Origin: Alphaproteobacteria bacterium
GTDB lineage: Bacteria > Pseudomonadota > Alphaproteobacteria > UBA828
Reading direction: 5' to 3'
Length of the DNA: 64,000 nucleotides
Assembly (NCBI GenBank): GCA_963667785.2
Contig: CAXXMU010000001.1
Span: forward strand, 32,001 to 96,000
Positions within the stretch are counted from its first letter, which is position 1; each line of letters starts with the position of its first letter. A model generated the notes under the pieces. It saw only the letters and a list, made by a program, of their open reading frames with translations. It ran no database searches and was not told the origin of the DNA. Position numbers and translations under genes: made by a program. This document shows positions 24,197 to 34,283 of the stretch, one piece after another.

Positions 24197-25093
24197 ATGA
24201 GCGATCCCGCCGCCGGCCAGCACCCGCGTGGGAGCGACTTCGACCGCCTCTACGATCTGGACGACCCCAGCCCCTACTTCGCGGCGCTGAGGCCGCTCGA
24301 CTACCGCATGCCTGCGGTGCTGGCAGGCGCGCTCGAGGCCATAGAGACCCCACTGCGCGCTGCGCGCGATGCGGGCGATGCCCTGAAGATATTGGACTTC
24401 GCCTGCGGCTACGGCGCCATCGGCGCCCTGCTGCGTCACGAGCTCACCCTGCCGAAGCTCTACGCGCGCTACGGCGAGCGGCGGTGGCAAGCGGAGGAGG
24501 CACGGCGCTACTGGGAGGCGGACAGGGCTTTCTTCGGCGCCCGTCGCCGCGAGACGCCGGGGGTCGAGATCGCCGGCGTCGACGTTGCCTGGGCTGCGCT
24601 GGCGTATGCGGCCGCCGTGGGGTTCGTCGATCGGGCCTTTCGCGAAGACCTCGTTGACCGCGCGCCCGGCGACGGACTGACGCGCTTTCTTCAGGGTGTC
24701 GATCTGGTCATCGAGAGTGGCGCCATGGGCCATCTGCTGCCGGGGGCCTTCCGGCGCATTCTCGATTGCAGGGGCGCGGCGCACGGGCCCTGGTTCCTCT
24801 ACGGCCTTCGTCCCGACGTGGACGCGGCGGCGCTGAACGGACTGTGGCGCGAGCGCGGCTATCGGATCGAGGCTCTCGGAGCGGAGCCGGCGCGCTACCG
24901 CAAGCTCTCGGGAGAGCGGGAGTGGGCGGACGTGCTTCGCCGCACCCGGGCGCTCGGCAGGCCGGACGGGGCCGTCAGGCGCGACGGTTACATGCTGGTG
25001 GAGGTGACGCTGGTGCGGCCGGAGGCCGACGCCGAGAACCCGCCGATCGCAGAGCTGCGGCGGCTGGTCGAGCGCGCCACCGCTCAGCCGTAG
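24197..25093 (+). CDS. Putative class I SAM-dependent methyltransferase-like protein
   Basis: ILDFACGYG motif I, AGVDV motif II; alternative start 24122. Confidence 0.6.
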   Translation: MSDPAAGQHPRGSDFDRLYDLDDPSPYFAALRPLDYRMPAVLAGALEAIETPLRAARDAGDALKILDFACGYGAIGALLRHELTLPKLYARYGERRWQAEEARRYWEADRAFFGARRRETPGVEIAGVDVAWAALAYAAAVGFVDRAFREDLVDRAPGDGLTRFLQGVDLVIESGAMGHLLPGAFRRILDCRGAAHGPWFLYGLRPDVDAAALNGLWRERGYRIEALGAEPARYRKLSGEREWADVLRRTRALGRPDGAVRRDGYMLVEVTLVRPEADAENPPIAELRRLVERATAQP

Positions 25094-26772
25094 CCGTAGT
25101 CGCGCCGCGCGCCTTCCGGCGTGATCCAGCCCTCGCGCAGGTCTTCCGCGATCATGGCGGGGTCGCGCTCGGCGGCATCGCCGTAGCCGCCGGCGCCAGG
25201 CGCGATCAGCCGGATGCGGTCGCCCGGCCCGATGGTGGCGTTGGCGAACTTGCTGGGCGAGGTCTTGCCGAAGGCCTCGGTGAAGGGGCGCCAGTCGTCG
25301 CTGCCCGCGGCTTGGTAGAGGAGCCCGCCGACGGCCCCCGGCCCGCCGCCCAGCAGCCCCCAGGGGCGCATCTTGTGGCGGTCCGAGACCGAGCTCACGG
25401 TGATCTCGGTGTCGACGCAGCGCAGCACCTTGGCCAGCGCGTGGGCGCCCCGGAAGCGGCCGTGGCCGGCGGTGTCCGGCTGCAGCGCATATTCCTCGAC
25501 CTGCCACGGGTAGCGCACCTCGAACACCTCGACCGGCACCATCCGCGAGTTGCCGTTGATGCAGTTGATGACCTCGTTGCCGTCGGCGAAGGGCCGCCCG
25601 CCCCAGGCCGCGCAGGTGAAGTCGTAGCAGACCACGTAGTCGCCCGAGCGGGGATCGGTGGCGCCGAACAGGAAGTTGCTGTGGGTGCCGGCGTCGGTGG
25701 CGAAGGCACGCTCCGGCACGCACTGCGAGAGCGCGGCGATGATGGTGTAGGCGATGCGGATATGGGTCTCGGTGTTGCCGCCGACGCAGGTCGCCGGATA
25801 GTTGGCATTCACCATGGAGCCCGCCGGCGCCACGATCTTGATCGGCCGGAAGCAGCCGGAGTTCTTGGGGATCGACGGGTCGGTGAGGTGCAGGATCGCG
25901 TTGTAGGCCGATGACCAGGCGACCGAGAGCACGGCGTTGATCGGCCCCCGCGCCTGGGAATCCGAGCCGCCGTAGTCGACCACCACCTCGTCGCCCTGGA
26001 CGTGGACATCGACGTGGATCCTGTACGGCCGGTCCTCGATGCCGTCGTCCTCCATGTAATCCTCGAAGCTGTAGACGCCGTCGCGGAAGGCGGAGAGCTC
26101 CGCCCGCATCCGCGACTCGGCATAGTCCATCAGGTCGTCGGCGGTCCGGCGGAAGGTGTCCGGCCCGTACTTCTCGATCAGCGCGGTCAGCCTCGCCGCG
26201 CCCACGTCGACGGCGCTGATGAGGGCGCGGAAGTCGCCGTAGTTGGCACGGGGCGTGCGGTAGTTCGCGAGCAGCAGCTTCCACACCTCGACCACGTCCT
26301 CGCCGCGCTCCTTGATCTTGACCGGGGGCACGCGCATGCCTTCGTGGAAGATCTCGGTGGCCTCGCCGGCGAAGCCGCCCGGCACCATGCCGCCCACCTC
26401 GGCCACATGGCCGATGGCGACGGCAAAGCCCATCAGCTCGCCCCGGTGGAAGACCGGCTTGATGAAGGTGTGCTCCGGCGTGTGCATGCCGCCGCGGTAG
26501 GGGTCGTTGTGGACGATGACGTCCCCTTCCTCGATCTCGTCGTGCGGAATCTCCTGGACCGAGGTCTGCAGCACCAGCGGCAGGCCGCCGATCTGCGAGG
26601 GGTTGAACTCGGCGACGCCGATCAGCTCGCCCCGCGTGTTGCCGAGGCCGCAGGTGAAGTCCAGGCCCTCGTTGAAGATGGTCGAGTACGAGGTCTTCAT
26701 CATCGTGATGCCCATCTCGCGGCAGATGGACACCATCGTCGAATCGATGATGTTCATGGTGACCATGTCCAT
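25084..26772 (-). CDS. Hydantoinase B / oxoprolinase beta subunit
   Basis: SYSTIFNEGLDF, HNDPYRGGMHTPE, GHVAEVGG, EIFHEG, GAGGYGD. Confidence 0.9.
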   Translation of the reverse strand: MDMVTMNIIDSTMVSICREMGITMMKTSYSTIFNEGLDFTCGLGNTRGELIGVAEFNPSQIGGLPLVLQTSVQEIPHDEIEEGDVIVHNDPYRGGMHTPEHTFIKPVFHRGELMGFAVAIGHVAEVGGMVPGGFAGEATEIFHEGMRVPPVKIKERGEDVVEVWKLLLANYRTPRANYGDFRALISAVDVGAARLTALIEKYGPDTFRRTADDLMDYAESRMRAELSAFRDGVYSFEDYMEDDGIEDRPYRIHVDVHVQGDEVVVDYGGSDSQARGPINAVLSVAWSSAYNAILHLTDPSIPKNSGCFRPIKIVAPAGSMVNANYPATCVGGNTETHIRIAYTIIAALSQCVPERAFATDAGTHSNFLFGATDPRSGDYVVCYDFTCAAWGGRPFADGNEVINCINGNSRMVPVEVFEVRYPWQVEEYALQPDTAGHGRFRGAHALAKVLRCVDTEITVSSVSDRHKMRPWGLLGGGPGAVGGLLYQAAGSDDWRPFTEAFGKTSPSKFANATIGPGDRIRLIAPGAGGYGDAAERDPAMIAEDLREGWITPEGARRDYGYG

Positions 26773-26921
26773 GGAGGGAGCCTCCTCTTCCCGCCTCGTG
26801 CGCGCCGCCGGCGCGGCGGCGGCCACAGTGGCCGAGCGCGCACCGGGCCGCAAGCGGGTGGAGGGAGGCGATGCAGGCGGGGATGGGCCGCGGCAGGGCT
26901 CTCGCCGCGCTTGCCGGGCCG

Positions 26922-27266
26922 TCAGTCGAAGGGCGGGAGGCTCGCCTGCGCCTTGCGCGTCAGGCTCTTTCGCACGATGCGGTAGGAGTCCGCCAGCCGC
27001 AGGCGCAGCTCGTCCTCCGGCATCTCCCAGGGGAGGTTGATCCAGGAGCGGTGGAAGTAGGGCGCCCTGCGGCCGACGCCCATCTCGATCAGCATCGCGG
27101 CGGTCTCGATGCTGTCGGTCTTGATCGAGACGCCCGGCAGCTTCGAGCCGATGCAGGCGAACATCTTGCCGCCCACCTTCCAGGCGTCGTGACCGCCGCC
27201 CCACGGGTCCGACTGCTCGGCGCCGGGGAAGGTACGGCAGATCGCGTTGACCGTGTCGCGGCTCAT
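26922..27266 (-). CDS. MmcQ/YjbR family protein
   Basis: PWGGGHDAWKVGGKMFA, RAPYFHRSW, SYRIVRKSLTRK. Confidence 0.88.
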   Translation of the reverse strand: MSRDTVNAICRTFPGAEQSDPWGGGHDAWKVGGKMFACIGSKLPGVSIKTDSIETAAMLIEMGVGRRAPYFHRSWINLPWEMPEDELRLRLADSYRIVRKSLTRKAQASLPPFD

Positions 27267-27288
27267 CTCTCGCCCGCTCCCCGGCCCA

Positions 27289-28404
27289 TCAGACGAAGAT
27301 GTCGTCCGGCAGGATCGCGGAGACGACGGTGTTGGGCACCGCCGCGATGCCGTCCACGGTGACGTCGACCCCGACGCTCGCGATCACGTAAGCCTGGATG
27401 CGGGAGAAGCCGCGCTCGTGGACGAGGTGGTCGATGATGTTGAGCAGCGCGTTCCTGGTCGCGAGGTTGATGTCCTCCTGCCGGTTCTTGCCCTCGCGCT
27501 CGATGCAGAGCCCGGTGGTGGCGTAGTAGCCGCCGCGATCGAGCGCATGCCTCGCCGGCGCCGCGTCGCTGCGCGAATAGTGGATGTCGCGGATGCCGCG
27601 CTCGGCGGCGAGACCCTTCCGCAGGCCGAAGCGCGCCCGCAGCGTCGTGCTGGTCTCGATGGCCGTGCCGCAGCACTCGCTGCTGCCCTGGGCGAAGTGG
27701 CCGTCGCCCGCGGAGAAGAGCGCGCCCTCGGTCCACACCGGGAAGTAGACCGTGGTGCCGGCGATCATCTGCTTGGTGTCGAAATTGCCGCCATGCTCGC
27801 GCGGCGGCATGGTCCTGAGCGCCTCGCCGTCGATGGCCGGGTTGCGCGTGATCGCGCCGTCGGCAGCCGGCGGCAGCGCCATCCCGCCGGCGGCGACGAG
27901 GTCGTTCTCCCGCGCGGCGATCCGGCCGATCATCTCGTGCGAGGGCGCCACGCCCATCACCCCCATGAAGGGTGCGCCGGGGATCCGCACGCCCGGTATC
28001 TCCGCGCAGACGGCGCCGCCCGCGTGCTGCTCCCACTTCGCGCAGAAGGGCTCGTCGAACACGTCGCGCAGGTAGCCGAAGCCGGGGAGCGCGAGGGTGA
28101 AGCCGTAGTCGCCGGAGATCACGTCGAGGACGTCGACGACCAGCAGGTCGCCGGGCTCGGCGCCCCTGACGTAGACCGGGCCGGTCAGGGGATGCACGAG
28201 ATTGAGGTCGAGGCGCAGCAGATCGTCGAGGGTGGACTCGCGCGAGATCAGCGCATCGCCCCCGTCGCGCGTCTCCATGAGCACCTCGTCGCCCGGGTCG
28301 ACGGTGAGGATGGGCGGAATGTCGGGGTGCCAGCGGTTGTGGCCGGTGCCCGGCTCGTCGGCGAGCCTCCTGGACTGGTCGATGCGAATCTCGTGTGCCG
28401 CCAT
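27289..28404 (-). CDS. Acetamidase/formamidase family protein
   Basis: HNRWHPDIPP, HPLTGPVYV.GAEPGD, PFMGVMGVAP, GGNFD, GDGHFAQG. Confidence 0.9.
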   Translation of the reverse strand: MAAHEIRIDQSRRLADEPGTGHNRWHPDIPPILTVDPGDEVLMETRDGGDALISRESTLDDLLRLDLNLVHPLTGPVYVRGAEPGDLLVVDVLDVISGDYGFTLALPGFGYLRDVFDEPFCAKWEQHAGGAVCAEIPGVRIPGAPFMGVMGVAPSHEMIGRIAARENDLVAAGGMALPPAADGAITRNPAIDGEALRTMPPREHGGNFDTKQMIAGTTVYFPVWTEGALFSAGDGHFAQGSSECCGTAIETSTTLRARFGLRKGLAAERGIRDIHYSRSDAAPARHALDRGGYYATTGLCIEREGKNRQEDINLATRNALLNIIDHLVHERGFSRIQAYVIASVGVDVTVDGIAAVPNTVVSAILPDDIFV

Positions 28405-28556
28405 CGTGGCCTCCTAGCCGCGTCGGATCGGCGCCGATGGTACACGCGCCTCTGTGCGCGCACTATCGGCCGCGCCATGACTTGCCGCCGCTGCTAGGCT
28501 AGCATCGGCCGAGGCCCCCGCGCAGGACGGGCGCCGAGCGCGGAAGGGAGAGCGCG

Positions 28557-29966
28557 ATGGAAGGCCATGCCGTAACCAATCTCAGCCTCGAGCAGATGGA
28601 CGTGGAGACGACTCTCCACGCCTTCACACCCATCCACGAGCACGAGAAGTCCGGCCCGCACATCATCACCAACGGCGACGGCATCTACGTCACCGACAAC
28701 AAGGGCGACACCTACATCGACGCGATGGCCTCGCTCTTCTGCGTCAACGCGGGCTACGGGCGGAAGGAGATCGGCGAGGCGATCGCCGAGCAGGCGCGGA
28801 GCTTCCCCTACTTCCACACCATGGCGGGCCATGCCAACGAGCAGCAGATCAGGCTCAGCGACCGCCTGCTCGACATCCTGCCCGATTCCATGAGCCGGCT
28901 GCTCTACGCGAGCTCCGGCTCCGAGGCGAACGACGCCAACGTCAAGCTCGCCTGGATGTACCAGCGCTGCCGCGGCAAGCCCGAGAAGCGCAAGATCATC
29001 GCGCGCAGCATGGGCTATCACGGCGTCACCGGGATCGCGACCAACCTCTCCGGCCTGCCGCTGATGCACGAGGCCTTCGGCCTGCCGCTGCCGGGCTTCC
29101 TGCACACGGAGAAGGGCCACTATTTCTGGGAGGGTGCGCCCGGCGAGAGCGAGCGCGATTTCTCCAAGCGCATGGCTGCCGCGCTGGAGGAGATGATCGT
29201 GCGCGAAGGGCCGGAGACGGTCTGCGCCTTCATCGCCGAGCCCGTGATGGGCGCGTCCGCCTGCGTGGCACCGGCGGAGGGCTACTTCGAGGAGATCCAG
29301 GCGGTCTGCAAGCGCCACGACGTGCTCTTCATCGCCGACGAGGTGATCACCGGCTTCGGCCGCCTCGGCACCTGGTTCGCGACCGAGAAGTACGGCCTCG
29401 ACCCCGACCTGATGACGCTGTCGAAGGGCATCACCAGCGCCTACGTGCCGCTCTCCGTCTCAGTGATCTCGGACCGGGTCTGGGAGGTGCTGCACGAGGG
29501 CTCGAAGGACATCCCGATCTTCGCCCACGGGCACACGGCGAGCGCCCATCCGCTCGCCTGCGCCGCCGCCAACGCCAACCTCGCGCTGATGGAGCAGGAG
29601 GACATGGTGGGGAACGCAGCCTCCACCGGCGCCTACTTCAAGCAGCAGCTCGAGGAGCGCTGCGGCCCGCACCCGCTGATGGGCGAGATCAGGGGCGATG
29701 GCCTGATGCTCGCGATCGAGCTGGTGGCGAACAAGGAGACGAAGGAAGAGCTCAACCTGGAGTGGGACTGCTCGCACCGGCTCTTCGACCTCTGCCTGGA
29801 GGAGAAGCTCATCACGCGCGGCTTCTTCGGCCACAACTCGACCTCGTTCGCGCCGCCGCTGACGATCACGCGGGACCAGGTGGACGATGTGATCGACCGC
29901 TTCTCCCGCGGCCTCGACAGGCTCACTGCCGATCTCAAGTCGGAGTACGGCTTCAGCCCGGCCTGA
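28557..29966 (+). CDS. Class III aminotransferase
   Basis: SGSEAND, GYHG, FIAEPVMG, DEVITGFGRLG, SKGITSAY. Confidence 0.9.
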   Translation: MEGHAVTNLSLEQMDVETTLHAFTPIHEHEKSGPHIITNGDGIYVTDNKGDTYIDAMASLFCVNAGYGRKEIGEAIAEQARSFPYFHTMAGHANEQQIRLSDRLLDILPDSMSRLLYASSGSEANDANVKLAWMYQRCRGKPEKRKIIARSMGYHGVTGIATNLSGLPLMHEAFGLPLPGFLHTEKGHYFWEGAPGESERDFSKRMAAALEEMIVREGPETVCAFIAEPVMGASACVAPAEGYFEEIQAVCKRHDVLFIADEVITGFGRLGTWFATEKYGLDPDLMTLSKGITSAYVPLSVSVISDRVWEVLHEGSKDIPIFAHGHTASAHPLACAAANANLALMEQEDMVGNAASTGAYFKQQLEERCGPHPLMGEIRGDGLMLAIELVANKETKEELNLEWDCSHRLFDLCLEEKLITRGFFGHNSTSFAPPLTITRDQVDDVIDRFSRGLDRLTADLKSEYGFSPA

Positions 29967-30053
29967 AAGGCCGCCGGCCGCATTCGGCCCCGATCGGGCG
30001 TCCAACTCGGAAGGCGGACGCCCGGCCTGGGCTCGGCAGGTCTTAGAGGGCCG

Positions 30054-31514
30054 CTACGCCGCCTGCTTGGCCTGTAGCCCGTTCTCGTCCACCCAGCGTG
30101 TGGTGTCGTCGAGGGCCAGCGTGAAGCGGCGCATCATTTCCTCGACCTCCGCCTCGGTCATCACCAGGGGCGGCGCGAAGGCGAGGCTGTCGCCGGCGAG
30201 CGCGCTCCGGATGATCAACCCGTGCTCGCGGGCGCGGTCCACCGCATAGGCCTTCACGCCGCAGGCCGGGTCGAACGAGCGCCGGGTCTCCTTGTCCGCC
30301 ACCAGCTCGATGGCCGCCATCATGCCGACGCCGCGGGTGGTGCCCACCAGCGGATGGTCGGCGAAGCCCCGGATGCGCTCCTGCAGCAGCGCGCCCACGC
30401 GGCGCACGTTGCCGAGCACGTCGCGCTCCTCCATCAGCTCCTGGCAGCGAAGCGCCACCGCCACCGCCACCGGGTGCCCGGTGGTGGTGAACGCGTGGGC
30501 GAAGAAGCCCAGCTTGCGGCTCTCGGCCAGCATGGCGTCGTAGAGCTTCTGGTTGATCATCACCGCCGAGATCGGCTGGTAGGCGCTGGCCAGCCCCTTC
30601 GCGAGCGAGAGGCCGTCCGGCCTGATGTCGAAGGTCTCCGAGCCCAGCCAGTTGCCGGTCCTGCCCGAGCCGGTGATGACCTCGTCGGCGAAGAAGAGGA
30701 TCTCGTACCTGTCGAGCACCGCCTGCACCTTCTCGAAGTAGGTGCGGGGCGGCACGATGCAGCCGCCGCCGCCCATCACGGGCTCGGCGAAGAAGGCGGC
30801 GACCGTCTCCGGCCCCTCGCGCTGGATCAGCTCCTCGAGGTTGGCGGCGAGGCGTGAGGCGTAGTCCTCCTCGCTCTCGCCCGGCTCGCCGTAGCGGTAG
30901 AAGTGGGGGCAGTCGGTCTTGAGGAAGAGGTCGTTGACCGGCAGGTCGAAGTCCGTGTGCATCTGCGGGATGCCGGTGACGCTGGCGGCGCCGCAGGTCA
31001 CGCCGTGGAAGCCCATGAAGCGGGAGATGATCTTCTTCTTCTCCGGCTTGCCGATGGCGTTGTGGTAGTACCAGGCGAGCTTGACCAGCGTGTCGTTCGC
31101 CTCCGAGCCAGAGTTGGCGAAGAAGACCCGCGCCATCGGCACGTGGGTGGAGGCCTTGAGCCGCTCGGCGAGGCGCCCCATGGGCTCGGTCGTCTTGTCG
31201 ATCAGCGAGTGGTAGTAGGGGAGCGCGCGGAACTGCTCGATCGCGGCATCCACCAGCGCGCTCTCGCTGAAGCCGAAGTTGGCGCACCACATGCCGGCGA
31301 CGCCCTCGATGTAGTCGCGGCCCTCCTCGTCGACGATCGAGACTCCCCGCCCGCGGGTGACGACAAGCGGCGGCGTCTTCTCCAGCGCGTCGAGGTTGCC
31401 GTAGCCGTGGGCGACGTGGGCCACGTTGCGCGCGCCCAGCGAGTTCGGCTTGGCCGCGGGCGCGGCGCTCTCTGCACCGTCGTTGTCGGGTCTGCTGCTG
31501 GCATCGTCCATCAC
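30054..31514 (-). CDS. Class III aminotransferase
   Basis: GVAGMWC, NSGSEAND, FFAEPVMG, DEVITG, AKGLASAY. Confidence 0.9.
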   Translation of the reverse strand: MMDDASSRPDNDGAESAAPAAKPNSLGARNVAHVAHGYGNLDALEKTPPLVVTRGRGVSIVDEEGRDYIEGVAGMWCANFGFSESALVDAAIEQFRALPYYHSLIDKTTEPMGRLAERLKASTHVPMARVFFANSGSEANDTLVKLAWYYHNAIGKPEKKKIISRFMGFHGVTCGAASVTGIPQMHTDFDLPVNDLFLKTDCPHFYRYGEPGESEEDYASRLAANLEELIQREGPETVAAFFAEPVMGGGGCIVPPRTYFEKVQAVLDRYEILFFADEVITGSGRTGNWLGSETFDIRPDGLSLAKGLASAYQPISAVMINQKLYDAMLAESRKLGFFAHAFTTTGHPVAVAVALRCQELMEERDVLGNVRRVGALLQERIRGFADHPLVGTTRGVGMMAAIELVADKETRRSFDPACGVKAYAVDRAREHGLIIRSALAGDSLAFAPPLVMTEAEVEEMMRRFTLALDDTTRWVDENGLQAKQAA

Positions 31515-31616
31515 GGGCCGTCTCCGTCGCTTGGGGCTGCGGGCGCAGGCGCCCGCCCGAGCGCGCGCATACTAGCCCGCAAGTCTCGCCGCGGTCACGG
31601 CCTGCGGTTTGCCCGG

Positions 31617-32078
31617 CTACGGCCGCGTCACGTTCCAGGTCGCGTCGATCTTCGTTCCCGCCTGCGTGAGGATGACCGTCACCGGGCAGCGCTTCTCCAG
31701 GTCTTCGCGCAGCCGCGCGATCTCGCCGGCGGGCGCGCCGGTCGTGACGTTCATGGTCAGCGCGATCGCGGGGAAGGGGAGCGTCGTCGGCGTGGTGTTG
31801 CGGACCCCGTTGGTGTCGAACGAGGCGTCGAGCGACATCGAGAGCGCGTCGATCGTGATCCCCATCTCGTCGGCGATGAGGTGCGCGATGACGTTGAGGC
31901 AGGCGAGGTAGGAGGAGAGCATCGTCTCCAGCGGGGTGGCGGCGGTGTCGCTGCCGCCGCGGATCTCCGGCTCGTCGATGACCACCGTGTGCTGGCGGGC
32001 GCGGGCCTCCAGCCGGCAGGGGCTGGTGGCGGCGGCCTCGACTCCGAAGTGATGGATGTTGGGCAGATCGAAGGTCAC
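31617..32078 (-). CDS. OsmC/Ohr family protein
   Basis: IDEP...GGSD...TPLE, LAC and RCPV cysteines; GTG start with GGAGGA RBS. Confidence 0.85.
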   Translation of the reverse strand: MTFDLPNIHHFGVEAAATSPCRLEARARQHTVVIDEPEIRGGSDTAATPLETMLSSYLACLNVIAHLIADEMGITIDALSMSLDASFDTNGVRNTTPTTLPFPAIALTMNVTTGAPAGEIARLREDLEKRCPVTVILTQAGTKIDATWNVTRP

Positions 32079-32209
32079 GGTGTCCTCCCGCTGGGTTCGC
32101 GCTGACTGCGTGGCCATGTCACCACGCGCCGCCCGCCCCGCACAAGCGGGTGCAGAAGGTCTCGATCTTCCGGCTCTTCATCGGCCGCTGCGCGTCTTCC
32201 GGGCCGCGC

Positions 32210-33328
32210 TCAGTCGGGAAAGACGATGACGTGGCGGAGCTCCTGCGAGCGCCGCGCGAGTGCAATCGATTCGTTGATCTCGTCCAGCGGCCTCCGCGAG
32301 GAGATGAGCTCGTCGAGCTTGAGGCGGCCGGCGCGGTAGAGACGGAACAGCTTCGGCACGTCGACCCGGAGCCTGGCATCGCCCATCTTGCAGCCCACGA
32401 TCCGCTGCCCGAAGTGCGCGAGATCGGTCGCGTTCAGGCTGACGCGCTCGTCGTAGGGCGGCATGCCCACCGCCACCAGCGCCCCGTCCGGCGCGAGCAG
32501 CGGCAGGGCCTGCTCGATGGCCCGGGCGCTTCCCACCGCGGTCATCACCACGTCGAAGCCGCGCCCGTCGGTGAGCGCGAGAGCCTCGGGGGCGGCGTTC
32601 TCGTCCGTGGCGTCGATCGCCGCCGTCGCCCCGAACGCTCTGGCCCGCTCCAGCTTGTCGTCCGCCACGTCGATCGCCACGAGCGGAAGCGCGCCGGCGA
32701 GTGCAGCGCCCTGGACGCAGTTGAGCCCGACTCCGCCGCAGCCGATCACCGCGACCGCGTCGCCCACCTGCACCTTCGCGGTGTTGACGGCCGCACCGAA
32801 GCCGGTCACGACCCCGCAGGACAGCAGGCAGGCGGCCTCGTCCGCAACCCGCGCCGGGATCGCTACGGCCTGAGAGACGTCGACCACCACGCTCTCGGCG
32901 AATCCGCCGACCCGGAGCGCGGCCCGCACCGGCCGGCCCTGCGCATCGGCAAGACGCGGGGCGGAATCGATGGCGAACGCAGTCGCGCACTGGGCCGGGC
33001 TTCCGCCCTCGCAGTGCCTGCAGCGCCCGCACGAGCGCAGCAGCGAGACGAGCACGCGGTCGCCGACACGGGTGCCGCCCGGCGGCACGGCCGGGCCGAG
33101 GTCGGTGACGACGCCTGCGAGCTCGTGCCCGAACACGGCGGGCAGCGCGTCGCCGCCGCCCCAGCCGCCGTCCATGTAGGTGATGTCCGAGTGGCAGATC
33201 GCGCTCGCGCGTACCCGCACCCGGATCTCGCTGCGCTGGGGCGGCGCGAGCCGCAGGGTCTCGATTTCGAGCGGCTGGCCGAAGGCACGGCAGACCGCCG
33301 CGCGCACCTCGATGGAGTCCGACGTCAT
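32210..33328 (-). CDS. Zn-dependent alcohol dehydrogenase (class III-like)
   Basis: ICHSD, GHE, CGRCRHC..C, LSCGVVTG, IGCGGVG. Confidence 0.9.
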   Translation of the reverse strand: MTSDSIEVRAAVCRAFGQPLEIETLRLAPPQRSEIRVRVRASAICHSDITYMDGGWGGGDALPAVFGHELAGVVTDLGPAVPPGGTRVGDRVLVSLLRSCGRCRHCEGGSPAQCATAFAIDSAPRLADAQGRPVRAALRVGGFAESVVVDVSQAVAIPARVADEAACLLSCGVVTGFGAAVNTAKVQVGDAVAVIGCGGVGLNCVQGAALAGALPLVAIDVADDKLERARAFGATAAIDATDENAAPEALALTDGRGFDVVMTAVGSARAIEQALPLLAPDGALVAVGMPPYDERVSLNATDLAHFGQRIVGCKMGDARLRVDVPKLFRLYRAGRLKLDELISSRRPLDEINESIALARRSQELRHVIVFPD

Positions 33329-33461
33329 GGCGGCAACTGTCTCCCGATCGCCTCGGCCCTCGCAACCATTACCTCGGCGGCGGGCGGGGCGCGGGGCGGG
33401 AGAGGGGAACCGGCCCGCGAATCCGGTTTACGGCGGCGGGCGCAGCCGATAGACCACGCCG

Positions 33462-33935
33462 ATGGTCGCATGGCGGAAGGCGGTCGGCGCGCTCGCGCTC
33501 GGCGTTCTGATTGCGGGCGCAGGCCCGGCCCCGCACGGTGCGGCCGACAGCGGCGCGCTGGAAGCGCTCTCGATCGAGACGGGCGCCGGCGTCCACGCCA
33601 TCGAGGTCGAGGTCGCACGAACGCCGGCCCAGCGCACCATCGGACTCATGCACCGGCCGGCGCTCGCGCCCGATCGCGGCATGCTCTTCGATTTCGGCGC
33701 GGCGCGGGAGGTGACGATGTGGATGAAGAACACCCTCATCCCGCTCGACATGTTCTTCGCGGACGGCACGGGCCGCATCGTCACCATCGCCGAGAACACC
33801 ACGCCGCTTTCCGAGAAGCGGATTCCGTCGGGCCGGCCGGTCCGCTTCGTGCTGGAGATGATCGGCGGCAGCGCGCGCCGCCTCGGAATCGCGCCCGGCG
33901 ACCGCATGCGCCATCCGCTGATCGACGGGCCATGA
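33462..33935 (+). CDS. DUF192 domain protein
   Basis: GLMHR, GMLFDF, MWMKNTLIPLDM. Confidence 0.88.
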   Translation: MVAWRKAVGALALGVLIAGAGPAPHGAADSGALEALSIETGAGVHAIEVEVARTPAQRTIGLMHRPALAPDRGMLFDFGAAREVTMWMKNTLIPLDMFFADGTGRIVTIAENTTPLSEKRIPSGRPVRFVLEMIGGSARRLGIAPGDRMRHPLIDGP

Positions 33936-34270
33936 CCGAGGCGCGGCTCAAGACCGAGGTGCTGGTGCAGGCGGGCTTCCGCTATTGCCAGCAGGCGCTG
34001 CTCGCCGCCGTGCTCAGGCGGCGCGGCGACGAGGATGCCGGCGCGCTGCTGGTCAAGGTGAGCCGCCTCGACGGCACGGCCGCCGTCTTCGCCCGCATGC
34101 CCACGCTGGAGGGCGGCCACGCCTGGCGGCGGACCACCGGCGACGGCTGGATCGCCGAGGCCGACGCCGAGGAGCGGCTCGCGCGGGAGATCGAGTTCGA
34201 TCCCGACGTGTGGATCGTCGAGGTCGAGGACCCTGAGGGCCGCAACCCCTTCGCCGACCTGACCGACTGA
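33932..34270 (+). CDS. DUF1491 family protein
   Basis: MTEARLKTEVLV, RRGDEDAGA, FDPDVWIVEVED. Confidence 0.85.
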   Translation: MTEARLKTEVLVQAGFRYCQQALLAAVLRRRGDEDAGALLVKVSRLDGTAAVFARMPTLEGGHAWRRTTGDGWIAEADAEERLAREIEFDPDVWIVEVEDPEGRNPFADLTD

Positions 34271-34283
34271 GCGTTCGAGCGGG

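Noticed and set aside
31596-32215. Direct-repeat flanks around osmC
   Set aside because: Alignment needs multiple gaps in GC-only sequence; not distinguishable from chance
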